Assembly (NCBI GenBank): GCA_030141605.1
Contig: JAQGDQ010000140.1
Coordinates: 310,001-374,000, forward strand
Direction of reading: 5' to 3'
Source of the DNA: Tubiluchus corallicola
Lineage: Eukaryota; Animalia; Priapulida
Length of the DNA: 64,000 nucleotides
The notes beneath the pieces were generated by a model. The model was not told the DNA's origin, did no database searches, and was given only the letters and a program-made list of their open reading frames with translations. Below are positions 53,718 to 64,000 of this stretch, in pieces. Positions within the stretch are counted from its first letter, which is position 1; each line of letters opens with the position of its first letter. Made by a program: the position numbers and the translations under genes.

Positions 53718-55189
53718 TCAACAACTGTTCCACGTGTAGGTGCAAATAGAAAATATAATAAAATTTTGAATGCTCTATCTAAGCCAAGTGAAAGTAACTT
53801 TAAAAAACCTATTGATTAGGTAGAGCTTTCCAGTCTTACTCAATTCAAGTACCAAAACTTTAAATGGCACATTAAAATAGTGATATTTCTGATAGAGTGC
53901 CAGAACCTGGTAACTTTTAGTTCTTCACCCAACGTTCACTACTCAATTATTTTTGAGCTCTACTAATCACCACATAACACTGAATAAGATCAACAAACTT
54001 CAGCTAGCTATGTAAGCTTGTCATCTAGTTTTCGTTTTATTACAAAAGCATTATAAAATTTCAGCATGAATAATTGATCAATGACAGTCGAGAATGATGT
54101 CAAATTTTCAACTCACTTAATGACTTATTAATGGGTTATGTCTTATGTTTGTTAAACATTTTGCCTACTTCTATTCTCTGAAATTTAATTATTACCAAAC
54201 TTCAGCTGAAAAACGACCACTGCTTTTTAAACAGCTTAGGCCGTGGGCTCCTGAACTATCTACAAAAGTTCCACATTTGATGAAGATGACAAATATAAGC
54301 ACCCTATCGAAGCGCGGCAGCAATACGCAACTGATTATCATCTAAACGCAGACGCAATGAAGGGATACATTTTTTACTTACTAGCTGTAAGCTTACTTGT
54401 TTCGAAGCCTCACTAGGTATCCCTTTATATTTTCCAAGAACTTTCTTTTATTCTGTACTTATTTAGATTTCACTTCGCACGCTTTTTACAAGACCGGCAA
54501 CAACACTAAAAGCTTTTCACGAAAAATCTTTACATTTTGTGTCCATGTTCAATTCGTCACAGTAATTTCAGCTTTTTCGGGCGACAAATACATTCAAGCA
54601 GGCGCTTACTGGCATATTCATTGAAAAGAAATAATTGTAAGAATGTCTCAGAAATGGAGAAATACCTGTAATGCATAAATATAAGTACTTATAAGGGACA
54701 AGATAACAACAGCAAAAACATAGTTGATAAAAATAACAATGAAAGTTGCAATCATAGAACATAAAAATTATGGCCAGGCTGTTTGTGTATCAAATGATGA
54801 TAATTTTCTTTCCAAAAAGTAAAATAATAGTGCCGGTGAGGCACGGACGAATATCTGGAAGTGAGAATAAAAAATTTAAAATACCATTTAGGACAAATGT
54901 TATTACGCATGGACCAGCAACTTAGAAAGAGAGTTGATTATAGATTTTTTTGATGTTTCATTACCATAAATTCTAATTTATTAGAATTTCTAATAAACCC
55001 ACATGATTAAAGATTGGCTAAGCAAGTATTATCAGACCAAATACACAATAAAAAGGTTGGTATGATGAACTATAGATATAACAGATTATAATCAGATACA
55101 CAAATAAATAAAATCTGAATGTAAAAAATGATTAAAGGTAAAATACTCGTAAGGTAAATCTTGAATTTAAATTAAAAACAAATGGTATG

Positions 55190-55440
55190 ACCACATTAAT
55201 CAAGCATTCTTGAAATGCAGTGAATTTGAAATACACTTAAGAAATTATAATTTTCAAATAATGGGAGCACTAACTGTTATGTACACGAAACTGTTGTCGT
55301 GCAATGCCTACAAAATTTTTTGCCTTGATTATGTTGGTTATGAGGATTTAATTGCCAGAGCAGATCGAGGTGTTGAGTTTGCAATTTCTGTTGTTAGTTT
55401 CGTTTTCGTGAAATGTTCTGATCGTGTGAATGATATATAA
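55190..55440 (+). mobile_element. Possible decayed LINE APE-endonuclease fragment
   Basis: HINQAFLKCSEFEIHLRNYNFQIMGALT...VGYEDLIARADRGVEFAI resembles the non-LTR endonuclease N-terminus pattern H.N.RSL..K..E....L....FDII.L.ETW...GY...R.DR...GGV; degenerate. Confidence 0.35.
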
Positions 55441-56676
55441 AATTATTTTTTACGTGATTATTAAGTTCTATTACTTTTATTCTATTCTAATTATATAACA
55501 ATATTAGTATAAGGTGATATAATATGTATATATGTATGCATATGTGTACGTGCATTTTATAATATCAGTGTGGTTTCCAAAAAAAGTAAGTCACTATAAT
55601 TTATGAAGGTGAGCCTCACTATAAGGGAGGTTAAATACCATTACAAAAATTCGCATAAAGATTATTTGAGTAGTTCTTTGTGTAAAGCTGATATAAATGT
55701 ATGGTGGGTTAATACCACGAGACTGAAAAAATTCAGAGAATTTCTGAATCGTGCAAAGAGCAATCAGCAGTTCTGAATTCACTGAATATCATAAGGAGCA
55801 AGGAAGAAAAGTATATCGAATTATTAGTAAGAAATTGTTGTATGATTTGGTTGAAAAATTGGAGATGTAAAGTTTATTGTTTTGAAAAATGGCTTGCTTA
55901 TAATATTAAGATAAAATGGCGCTGAAGAAACCGCCACACCCTAAAGTACTGTGTTAGAGCTGTTGCAAAAGAATTCCAGCCTGCTGGCGTCAAGGGATAT
56001 AAGCAAGAGTGCAGGCAGAAGCGAGTGAGTTGATTACTGGCCATCAATTTGAATAAACGTGTATAATATATAAATTCTTAGTAATGAGGTTACAGTTGAG
56101 GGCTCTTTCCCATTATGAATTACAAAACTCGCCAAAAAGCTAGTGATGTCAGCTCCAATGAAGAAAGCAAAATATTTAAACTGTTAATATACTAAAGATT
56201 CCAGATAGCAATTTATGGCGAATTACTTGTATGCAGTTCTATTGCAATAATTAACTCTCATATGCAGAACGCAAATGTAAGATTGTGATCATGTATATGA
56301 ATGTCTTATTTCCTTCAATAACCCTAGCTGTTTAGCCTACATGCAACATAACGCGCATCACAACTTAACCCCTAACTTAAAGATTAAAGAAATGAGGCAG
56401 TGCAAATTGATCTCGCATTCGCTAGAAATATCTGGTGACATAGTCGTGAAGAATATGCTTTTAGCAGTGCGTTTCTGAGCTACCAAATCGAATCGTTGAA
56501 TTAATACAGTTATTTCTACTGGTCGAAGGAGTGGTTAATGCTTAGTCAGTTTTTCTCGTTAATATAATTAGAATCATAAGATTTGTATTGAATAGTGTTT
56601 GGCTGTTTTCTCGATATGGTTGATAATCTTCGCTAGTAGCAGAAATTCTGCACATACCCTTTTCGGTTCTTTTGAC

Positions 56677-58626
56677 ATGGCGCATAACGGCGATTCAGCA
56701 TTGGAAGATAAAGTAAATTATAGAATTTTTATTTCGTCGATCCCTATCCAAGTCGGTACTGGAAAACAAGATGTAACCTCTGCAGATTCGCGTGTTGACC
56801 TCTACATTGCTTCATTGACGAAATATTTGGCTAGTTACATTTGGCAAAATGAAAATTTCACTCTTTCTCCAGCAGATATGCAAAATGTGGACTCTTTTCC
56901 TTTACATCTATATGGTTGTACAAAAGTAGGAGATTACATAGAAGATGAGTGGTTTATTGTGTTTCTTCTTTTGGAACTTTCAAAAGAGTATCTGGACATT
57001 GTCATTCAAGTCAATGACGTTGATGGTGAATTTTTACTAATAGAAGCTGCAGATCACCTTCCATCATGGTTAAATCCTGAAAGCAGTATTAATCGTGTCT
57101 ACATTCATGAAGGTGAAGTGCATATTATACCGAAGTCCAACAGTTCTGGCAACATTGGTATTCCTTTGAAAAACCCGGTTTCGATCTCACAAGCAGTTGA
57201 TATGATACTCAAACATACACATATGACCAAGGCTTCCACTAAAATACAAGAGGCGGTTAAACGAAGAGTAGCACAGTATCCAGCCAAATTGTCTGAGATC
57301 AAGCAACGAGCACATTGTTATCTCCCTGCTGCTGCTGTGGCACTTTTACAGACTGATCCACACCTCATATCAGCAGTTGTAAGAGCATTTTGTCAGCGTG
57401 ATTCTAGTCATAAAAATGTTTGTAAAGTGATGAGACATTTTCCTCCAGAAACTCGAGTTATGACTGAAGTGATGTTTAGTCGAAATTTATACGCACAGTT
57501 GAGGCAACAACGGTATGAGCCAGATCACATAGTAGGTTGGAATATTCCTACACCTAATAGCCCTCGATATATATCATATGATCTTGGTATGAAACTTGCC
57601 TGTGGCTTTGAGATTCTGCTCTCGGAGGGCACAAAGTTAGAAGCACTGCAAGGCAACACAAGTTTTGATCAGCATGAAGTTAGTGTGATTCGCTGGAACC
57701 GATATTTAGAAAAGCTAAAAGAAACTGGTTACTTTAAGAACGAGGTTGAAGGGTCAGTTCAGTTCCAGAAGCTGTTGTCTGAGTCGCGCAAAATTTACGA
57801 GGTTGCCGTACGTGGTCACATAGGTAATATATCTGGGAAAATAGCAGCTCAGTTTGCTCATTTGGATTACGATATGGATGTGCTTAAACAGCAGGAGAAA
57901 AGGTTAAAGCCACCAGATAGTGAGGATTGGCTGGAGCTAAGCCCAGATGATGTGGATCAGATTCTTGCACAGTATCAGTTTGGGGCTAGTGGGAGTGGTA
58001 CAAGAACAAGTTCTCATCATCGTAAAGCCAGTGGTGATTCTGCCACAAAATTGTGTGGCAAGGCTAATCAAAATAAAAAAAATTCTAGTAAATCTAATAT
58101 GGATTTTGACTCATTTGCCGAATCAGTCGGAAAAATTCTGGATTTCGCAATACCATTTGACAGTGATAGTGATTCTAGTTCAGGAATGAGTGGCTATGGT
58201 GAAGAGGAAGAGGATACTTTTCATAAGGAAATGAACAGACTTCAAGATGATAATTCACTGAATGATAATTTACAGGACTATATTGATATAATGGATCGTG
58301 AATTAGCAAGGGCAAATGTGGAAAGAAATGTCAGTGCATGTGCTCAGAATCTCAATGAGATTAATGAGAACAAGAAGGTAAAGGCTGTTCGGCCCAGGCA
58401 GAGGCCTTCGCAACCTCCTCCTGAGCCACCTGTACCTACATCAGTTCCATCAAGTACTTCAGAAGATTGTACCATGCTCGATGATTTTGGGGACTATCGG
58501 GCTGTAGATGTAGATTTGCAGAATCTTTTAGAAACCTATAGTGCACAGTCGAATGTGTCTGCTGACATTGCATCACGTGGACTTGCGCTACCTGAAGATC
58601 TAGATGAGACAGAGGATGAACAATAA
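56677..58626 (+). CDS. ECD: Ecdysoneless homolog (ECD, hSGT1/SGT1-domain protein), 649 aa, single coding exon
   Basis: Uninterrupted ORF with family motifs YIWQNENF, G.T.VGDYIEDEWFIVFLL.ELSK, D.DGEFLLIEAADHLPSWLNPE, DLGMKLACGFEIL, DWLELSPDDVD and C-terminal VDVDLQNLLETYSAQ. First ATG is at 56677; the listed ORF start 56599 is TTG. Confidence 0.96.
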   Translation: MAHNGDSALEDKVNYRIFISSIPIQVGTGKQDVTSADSRVDLYIASLTKYLASYIWQNENFTLSPADMQNVDSFPLHLYGCTKVGDYIEDEWFIVFLLLELSKEYLDIVIQVNDVDGEFLLIEAADHLPSWLNPESSINRVYIHEGEVHIIPKSNSSGNIGIPLKNPVSISQAVDMILKHTHMTKASTKIQEAVKRRVAQYPAKLSEIKQRAHCYLPAAAVALLQTDPHLISAVVRAFCQRDSSHKNVCKVMRHFPPETRVMTEVMFSRNLYAQLRQQRYEPDHIVGWNIPTPNSPRYISYDLGMKLACGFEILLSEGTKLEALQGNTSFDQHEVSVIRWNRYLEKLKETGYFKNEVEGSVQFQKLLSESRKIYEVAVRGHIGNISGKIAAQFAHLDYDMDVLKQQEKRLKPPDSEDWLELSPDDVDQILAQYQFGASGSGTRTSSHHRKASGDSATKLCGKANQNKKNSSKSNMDFDSFAESVGKILDFAIPFDSDSDSSSGMSGYGEEEEDTFHKEMNRLQDDNSLNDNLQDYIDIMDRELARANVERNVSACAQNLNEINENKKVKAVRPRQRPSQPPPEPPVPTSVPSSTSEDCTMLDDFGDYRAVDVDLQNLLETYSAQSNVSADIASRGLALPEDLDETEDEQ

Positions 58627-61600
58627 TTTTTTGTTTTTATTGATTAGGATTAAGCTAAACATTATTTGCCAAAAGAGGTGTCATTGTACTCTTTCATAAT
58701 TTTCTAGTAACAATTCTACAATTTGGATTAAAAAGTTTTTTAAGAGATATTCAACTCAGTACTTACTTAATTCATTGTGTTGTGGTTAATTAGCATGAAA
58801 ATTGCTGAAGTTGCTGTACAAACCAGCTTTGCAAGTTCTTTGGAATTGTTCAAAATAAAATTTATTTGATACCGCTAATTATTTCCAAAATTCCTACGAT
58901 AGAAAGAAGTAACACAAGTTACACATGGTAGTCAGGCCAGTTATTTATTATTAGCATTTGGCCACCATTTTGTATGCTAGCTATGATAGCATTTATGGCT
59001 TTCTAATACTGTTCAGCCAAAGCTGAAAGAATGAAACATTTTTGCAATACATATGTGTGTTTTCTCAAGCTGAAGTGGTCACATAGGTCACCTGAAATGA
59101 ATGAGTACCATACAGTGACATATCGACATAAATTTGAACGAACTATGAAATGGAATTTTCAAGTCACAAGCACATCAAGTTTGGCACAGCTTGTGAAAAA
59201 GTTTTATGTCTTGCTCACTAACCAGGCCCCTGCTGGTGATACCTCCATGTGTTGAAGCATTAGTAAGTCTCCTATCAAGCTGTTAGTAAGTTCACATATG
59301 TGGACTATTAGCAAGCCCACATGTTAAGCTGTCACCTTTAGACAATCTGTTTTTGTGATTTGTAAATTTCACTTAGAAGTTATGTGGTAGCCAAGTTCTT
59401 CATTTCATTTACCTGGCATTGCCGCGCACATGTCACTGAAACAGTTCAGGCTTTTACATGGATGCTTTTGCTTGAGCTGAGACATATGCCTTCGTTTCTT
59501 AAGCCTCTGCAAGCCAGCGGGTTTAGTTCTTTGGTGCAGATACAAAGTAAAAAATTCTGGTGTGCAGAATTTTTGATAGCTCACACAGTCACTTTTTTGC
59601 AGAAGGCTATGCATCATTCATTATAGGAAATTGTTACACGATAATTTAATGATTGTGTAAGTAATTTGGAATGAGGCTTTTACAGAACTTGTGTTGCTTT
59701 TTTAGCGAGGGATTTTGGTAATAACCAGCAATAAGAAGTAATTTTAATGGCAGTGTTACATGCTGAACTTGTATGAACTTTGACTGAATTTTTGACAGGA
59801 TTAATGGTTTAGTGACTATCTTGAACATTTTGATAGCAATTTTGAACATTTGTATTTACATTACTATCACCTGGATGTGTTAGGTCACTTAGGTATTCTC
59901 TTTGATCCAGAAAGCATAGAGGTGTTTTCATGAACTTTGAAGCCATGTTACACAGCTACACAGTTGTAGCAGGTTTTGTCATCTTTACAGCTATTTTGGA
60001 TTTTCCCATGAAAGAAAAGACATTGTATAAGGTATATCTAGGAATAATGCTAGTAAATATAGTTTTTTCTGTAAACACGATGAAGTGTATTACAACCATA
60101 AATGTTTGTTTGAATTGTGGGGAATTCAAGGTGATCTCATTAGCTGTCTGACTATTTAGACATGAAATCCTGCAATAAGAGTGAACCAACTTAGAGCATC
60201 CCCAAGCACCCCAGATAACAATTTTCTTTGGTCACAACTCTCAATTAATGATGCATGATGCAGGAAGCCAGAACAAATGATACCCGAGAGTAGCAAGGTC
60301 CCTTTTCTGGCTGCCAGCACTATAACTATAATGAGATTGTACTAGTACAGGGAACACTTTTTTGTAGTTTTTGGACATTTGCCAAAATATTTATGATTAC
60401 TTACACATTGTGGGGTACAATTTTCTTAGCATACAGATTTATGTCACTGCCATTTTATGTTGTCAGCTGTATGGCAGCATTTGTAACAGAGCTTCCAACT
60501 GCTTGTGGTGTCTTATTGACATGTAGATACATTTCGTAACAATCATTTAATTGGCCGCTGTTAGCTAAAATTTCAAATAACTGCATGTGTAAGTTTTTGG
60601 TATCAATATGTAGAAAACAGTTTGATTTGGCTGAAAAATTGTATTATTGGTTTTAACCATGCTTCTCAAACCTGATGGCTTGTGATATTATTTTTTGGCT
60701 TTAGTTTTCTAGCTTTGGTAATGTGGTGTTGAGTATCACACCTTCTGGATAAAACTGATGACTGAAACTGAAAATTCAAAGTTGTCAATGTTTGCTAACA
60801 TTGTGTGCTGTCTGTAGGCTTGCAGGAAACTTGTGCATTGTTGTAGATAAATATACGTATTGTGGTGATGAATGAGATTATGAAAATCACAGATAGCAAA
60901 GCCAAATGCAGCCTTGCATATGAAAAATTTTCTATGCTTGATAGTAAAATTATAGAAAAATGCTTGTGAGCTTATTTTACAACAATAATATATTAAGCAT
61001 GTATTACATGTAAGCATCAAAGGACTTATAACGAGTCCTGTGATCACAGTCTTTTATTGACGCAAATCAAGGCATTGCAAATAGTTTTATACCTCAGTAT
61101 TTGTTTTACCCACTTTAAAATTATGCTAGCTATTAGTTAATGTTTTATGTGCCAATAATGCTTCAGCATATATGTATAGCATAATTGTCTGTATAATAAA
61201 CCATCGAATCATAGGTTGTTAATAAAAAAATTATGATAAGTGCAGGACTACTGTATACTCGTGGTTTTATGTATTTACAAGGGTAAAGTTGTGCGCAACT
61301 TGCAATCTCTACTACCCGTACAGTTTAGAGATAACTTTTTTCTCCTACTGTATAAAATTTCTATGCAATTTTGGAAATTACATACTAGATACTATGTGCA
61401 GTTGTCTGGACTTTTCAGTGATTGACCAATCAAGATTTTTGATAATGAGCCAGTTAGCATTGCTGAATCAGCAGCACATAATAAAACATTAACGTTAACT
61501 TGGCTGTAGCGGAGTATTTTGTCATGATTTGTGCACCGAGTCAATTTTATTGCAACTTTAACAACTTTCATTAAGTAAAAACCAAGTGTTTTTGTGAACT

Positions 61601-62069
61601 GATTCACTTGTTATTTTATTGAAATAACTGATAAAGAAAAAAGTGAAAAAAGGAATAAAAATTGTTCATTAGACAATATTAATTATTAAAAACATACACG
61701 CAGAATGGTACTGCAGTCCTGCAGCAGCTTGAGAATGTTCAAGCGTTAATTTACAACAAGAAATTACTCAGTTAATCAATAATGATAATAAGAGAAATGA
61801 TAATTGTAATAATAATTTGTCTTTATTTTAGCTTGAGTTTTAGATAAACAACATAGTCTATGAAACATAAGTCTTAATTGAAGATTACTACTTCATATAA
61901 CAAATAAAACCTTCATAATGATAAAATTTAATGATTGTGCTAAAATAATGGTAAATCTTTATTTAAAGTCAGTATGCGTGTACAGACGAAAAACACAAGC
62001 TCCTAAGAGCTTTTGAACCGACTGAAACAACAGTTGTTAAAAGCAGAGATGGAACTAAAAGACACAAAT

Positions 62070-62580
62070 ATATAAATTTTTATATAGATTTAAACATAAT
62101 AATGCTTCCTAAAATTTTCCAAAATTACTATAAATCAGTAGCCCAGATGCACAAGTATCATACACGATTTGCTACTAACCGAACTTTCTATGTACAAAGA
62201 TTTAATACTAACAAATGGCAAAAATCTCTAATTTATCAAAGCGCTTTGTTGTGGAACAGTCTGCTTAATAAACTAAAAAATGGCACCTTTACTATTTGAT
62301 AATTAACTATAAATCCATTCTCATTTCTAATTATCATGTGTGACTTTCTCTGCTATGGTCTATTTCAAATAAATCATCTCTGTTAGTTTTAATGTATTCC
62401 CCTAGTACTAATCTATTAAATATAATTATATTGTCATAGTACATCTTTTCATCAAAATGTATAATTATTATTATTCATTCCCAACTATGAAAAGGGAAGG
62501 TAAGCACGCAAGACAATAGACCAAAGTATATTTGTGATAGGTCTTACGTAATCTTCGAGCAAATCCAGCAGCTACAACAC
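62070..62580 (+). mobile_element. 3' remnant of a CR1/L2-group (Crack/Daphne-like) LINE: ORF2 C-terminus and 3' UTR
   Basis: LPKIFQNYYKSVAQMHKYHTRFATNRTFYVQRFNTNKWQKSLIYQSALLWNSLLNKLK matches the typical LP..F..YF.....H.Y.TR.......T....S..Y.G..LWN.LP ending; 3' UTR stem gcaagac...gtcttac near 62508-62547. Confidence 0.7.
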
Positions 62581-63204
62581 TTTTTTTCATACAATTTTGT
62601 TTATAATTTTGTCTGCTCCACTTGTGTTTTTTGCTTGCATATTATGCTTTTCTCACTACACATATTCACTTCATTATATTATTTTGCTCATTGTTTCACA
62701 GTTATCATTAAGTTTTATTATATTTTTTGTTGAGTCATATTGTCTATTTAATCACATACTCATATTTCGTTACATATTTTGTTTACTCCATTCTCTGTAC
62801 TAGTGCTTGTTTTCCATAGTCCTTCGACATTATGCTTAACATAATTTGATTAAACACTATTGCATATTTTCGTTTCATTATTAGCTTGATTTTATCATGC
62901 ATATTTTGTTTCCTTCACTGATTTATTAAATATGTTTTAGTTTTTTTTCTTTTGGTTTGACTTATTTTTTTAGTTTGTTTATGTTTTAATCGGTTAGTTA
63001 AATGCTTTACATATTTGGTTGATCATCATTGCATATTTTTCATTTTAGCTTAATGCTTCCTTGTTGCATACACTATTCAGTAATTTCGCTTTCAAGTTTA
63101 GTTTCTTCCCCTATAAATTTATGTTAACAGTTGATTTTCTTAACCCACTTCATAATTATATTACACACTTTAATTAGCAGCGCTACAAATTTTTTACAAC
63201 TTAC

Positions 63205-63430
63205 ATTATCCTGAGAAGGGTAGCTGACTTGATGACCAATTGGTCTTTCACTACCTTTTCTCCTGCATCTCCCTAACTCTTTCCTTTATGCATAATTTAT
63301 CCTGTTTAATTAATAACTAAAGCAATAATAGTCTATTTGCATTCTGGTATAAATGAGGAGATAAATAAAATATCTATGTCTATGTCTATGTCTATATCAA
63401 TATATATACATACACATACATACATAAACA
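63205..63430 (+). mobile_element. Probable second LINE 3' tail with stem-loop and microsatellite tail
   Basis: Hairpin gagaagggtag...gaccaattggtc...ctaccttttctc, followed by aataaa and (tatgtc)n/(cata)n repeats. Confidence 0.4.
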
Positions 63431-64000
63431 TATGAAATGCAGGATTAAAAACAACAATTTTAGCTATAAATGTACTCTATTAATTTTAATAAGGATTTAC
63501 ACGTGGCACGTTTACATTCTTTGGTTTGCTTGCATTCCATTTATCTCAAACTAAGTGACCTGCAGAGCCTGAGCGTTTGTCCCAAGCAGTGATTACACGA
63601 GCATTATGAATTTGCAGGCATGCTTGGAAGAAACGGTGTCAGTTTTTTAAGTTTTCGATGTGACTATAAGTTTTGATCTTAGAACAACTGACAGAACCTG
63701 GTTACAATTAATTGATTTTTTGTTGAAATTCTCAAATATCGATTACTTTATCTAGGAAGTAACTGGTAAAAGAATTAACTTTTACTGCAAAAAATGTAGT
63801 TTGTAATTCCATTTTAAAAATATACACTGCACAACAATGTACATGAATAACGGAGTCGTGAAGAATAGCATCCTAGCGGTGTGTTTCAGTTTAAGAATAT
63901 TTTTACGTTACTGCACATTGTATTGACATTACATGTTACACGGTTGTCTGCTAGACGAAGCGAGCTAATTTATTGTGTGACAGATCGCGGCTTTATACTT

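Noticed and set aside
56599-56676. N-terminal extension of ECD in the ORF track
   Set aside because: Starts at TTG; the first ATG, in good context (gacATGG), is 56677.

Overview
AT-rich, intron-containing animal genomic DNA (invertebrate; exon sizes and phases resemble vertebrate orthologues, an ascidian or other invertebrate deuterostome is plausible but not provable from this window). Hand-assembled gene models: two internal exons of an FGD5/6-like RhoGEF on + (449-1214) with no recognisable downstream continuation; a small minus-strand two-TM protein with a PPxY tail (4269-1851) next to a stop-interrupted look-alike (6014-5336); a 21-exon LRIG receptor on + (8334-41175, about 1028 aa); a 9-coding-exon RUVBL1/Pontin on - (53708-44449, 456 aa) convergent with LRIG; and an intronless Ecdysoneless (ECD) on + (56677-58626, 649 aa) head-to-head with RUVBL1. 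The ECD-RUVBL1 pair is the most notable arrangement, because the two proteins are known binding partners in the R2TP chaperone system. RUVBL1 also has a triplicated in-frame 5' splice site and a GC-AG intron. Repeats include two near-identical Tc2-type MITEs, a TTAA-flanked Kolobok-like MITE, tRNA- and 5S-derived SINE heads, LINE remnants, a 93-bp x3 array and a ~680-bp (GA)n tract. I found no convincing wholly new system; the findings are leads, and all coordinates were read by hand.
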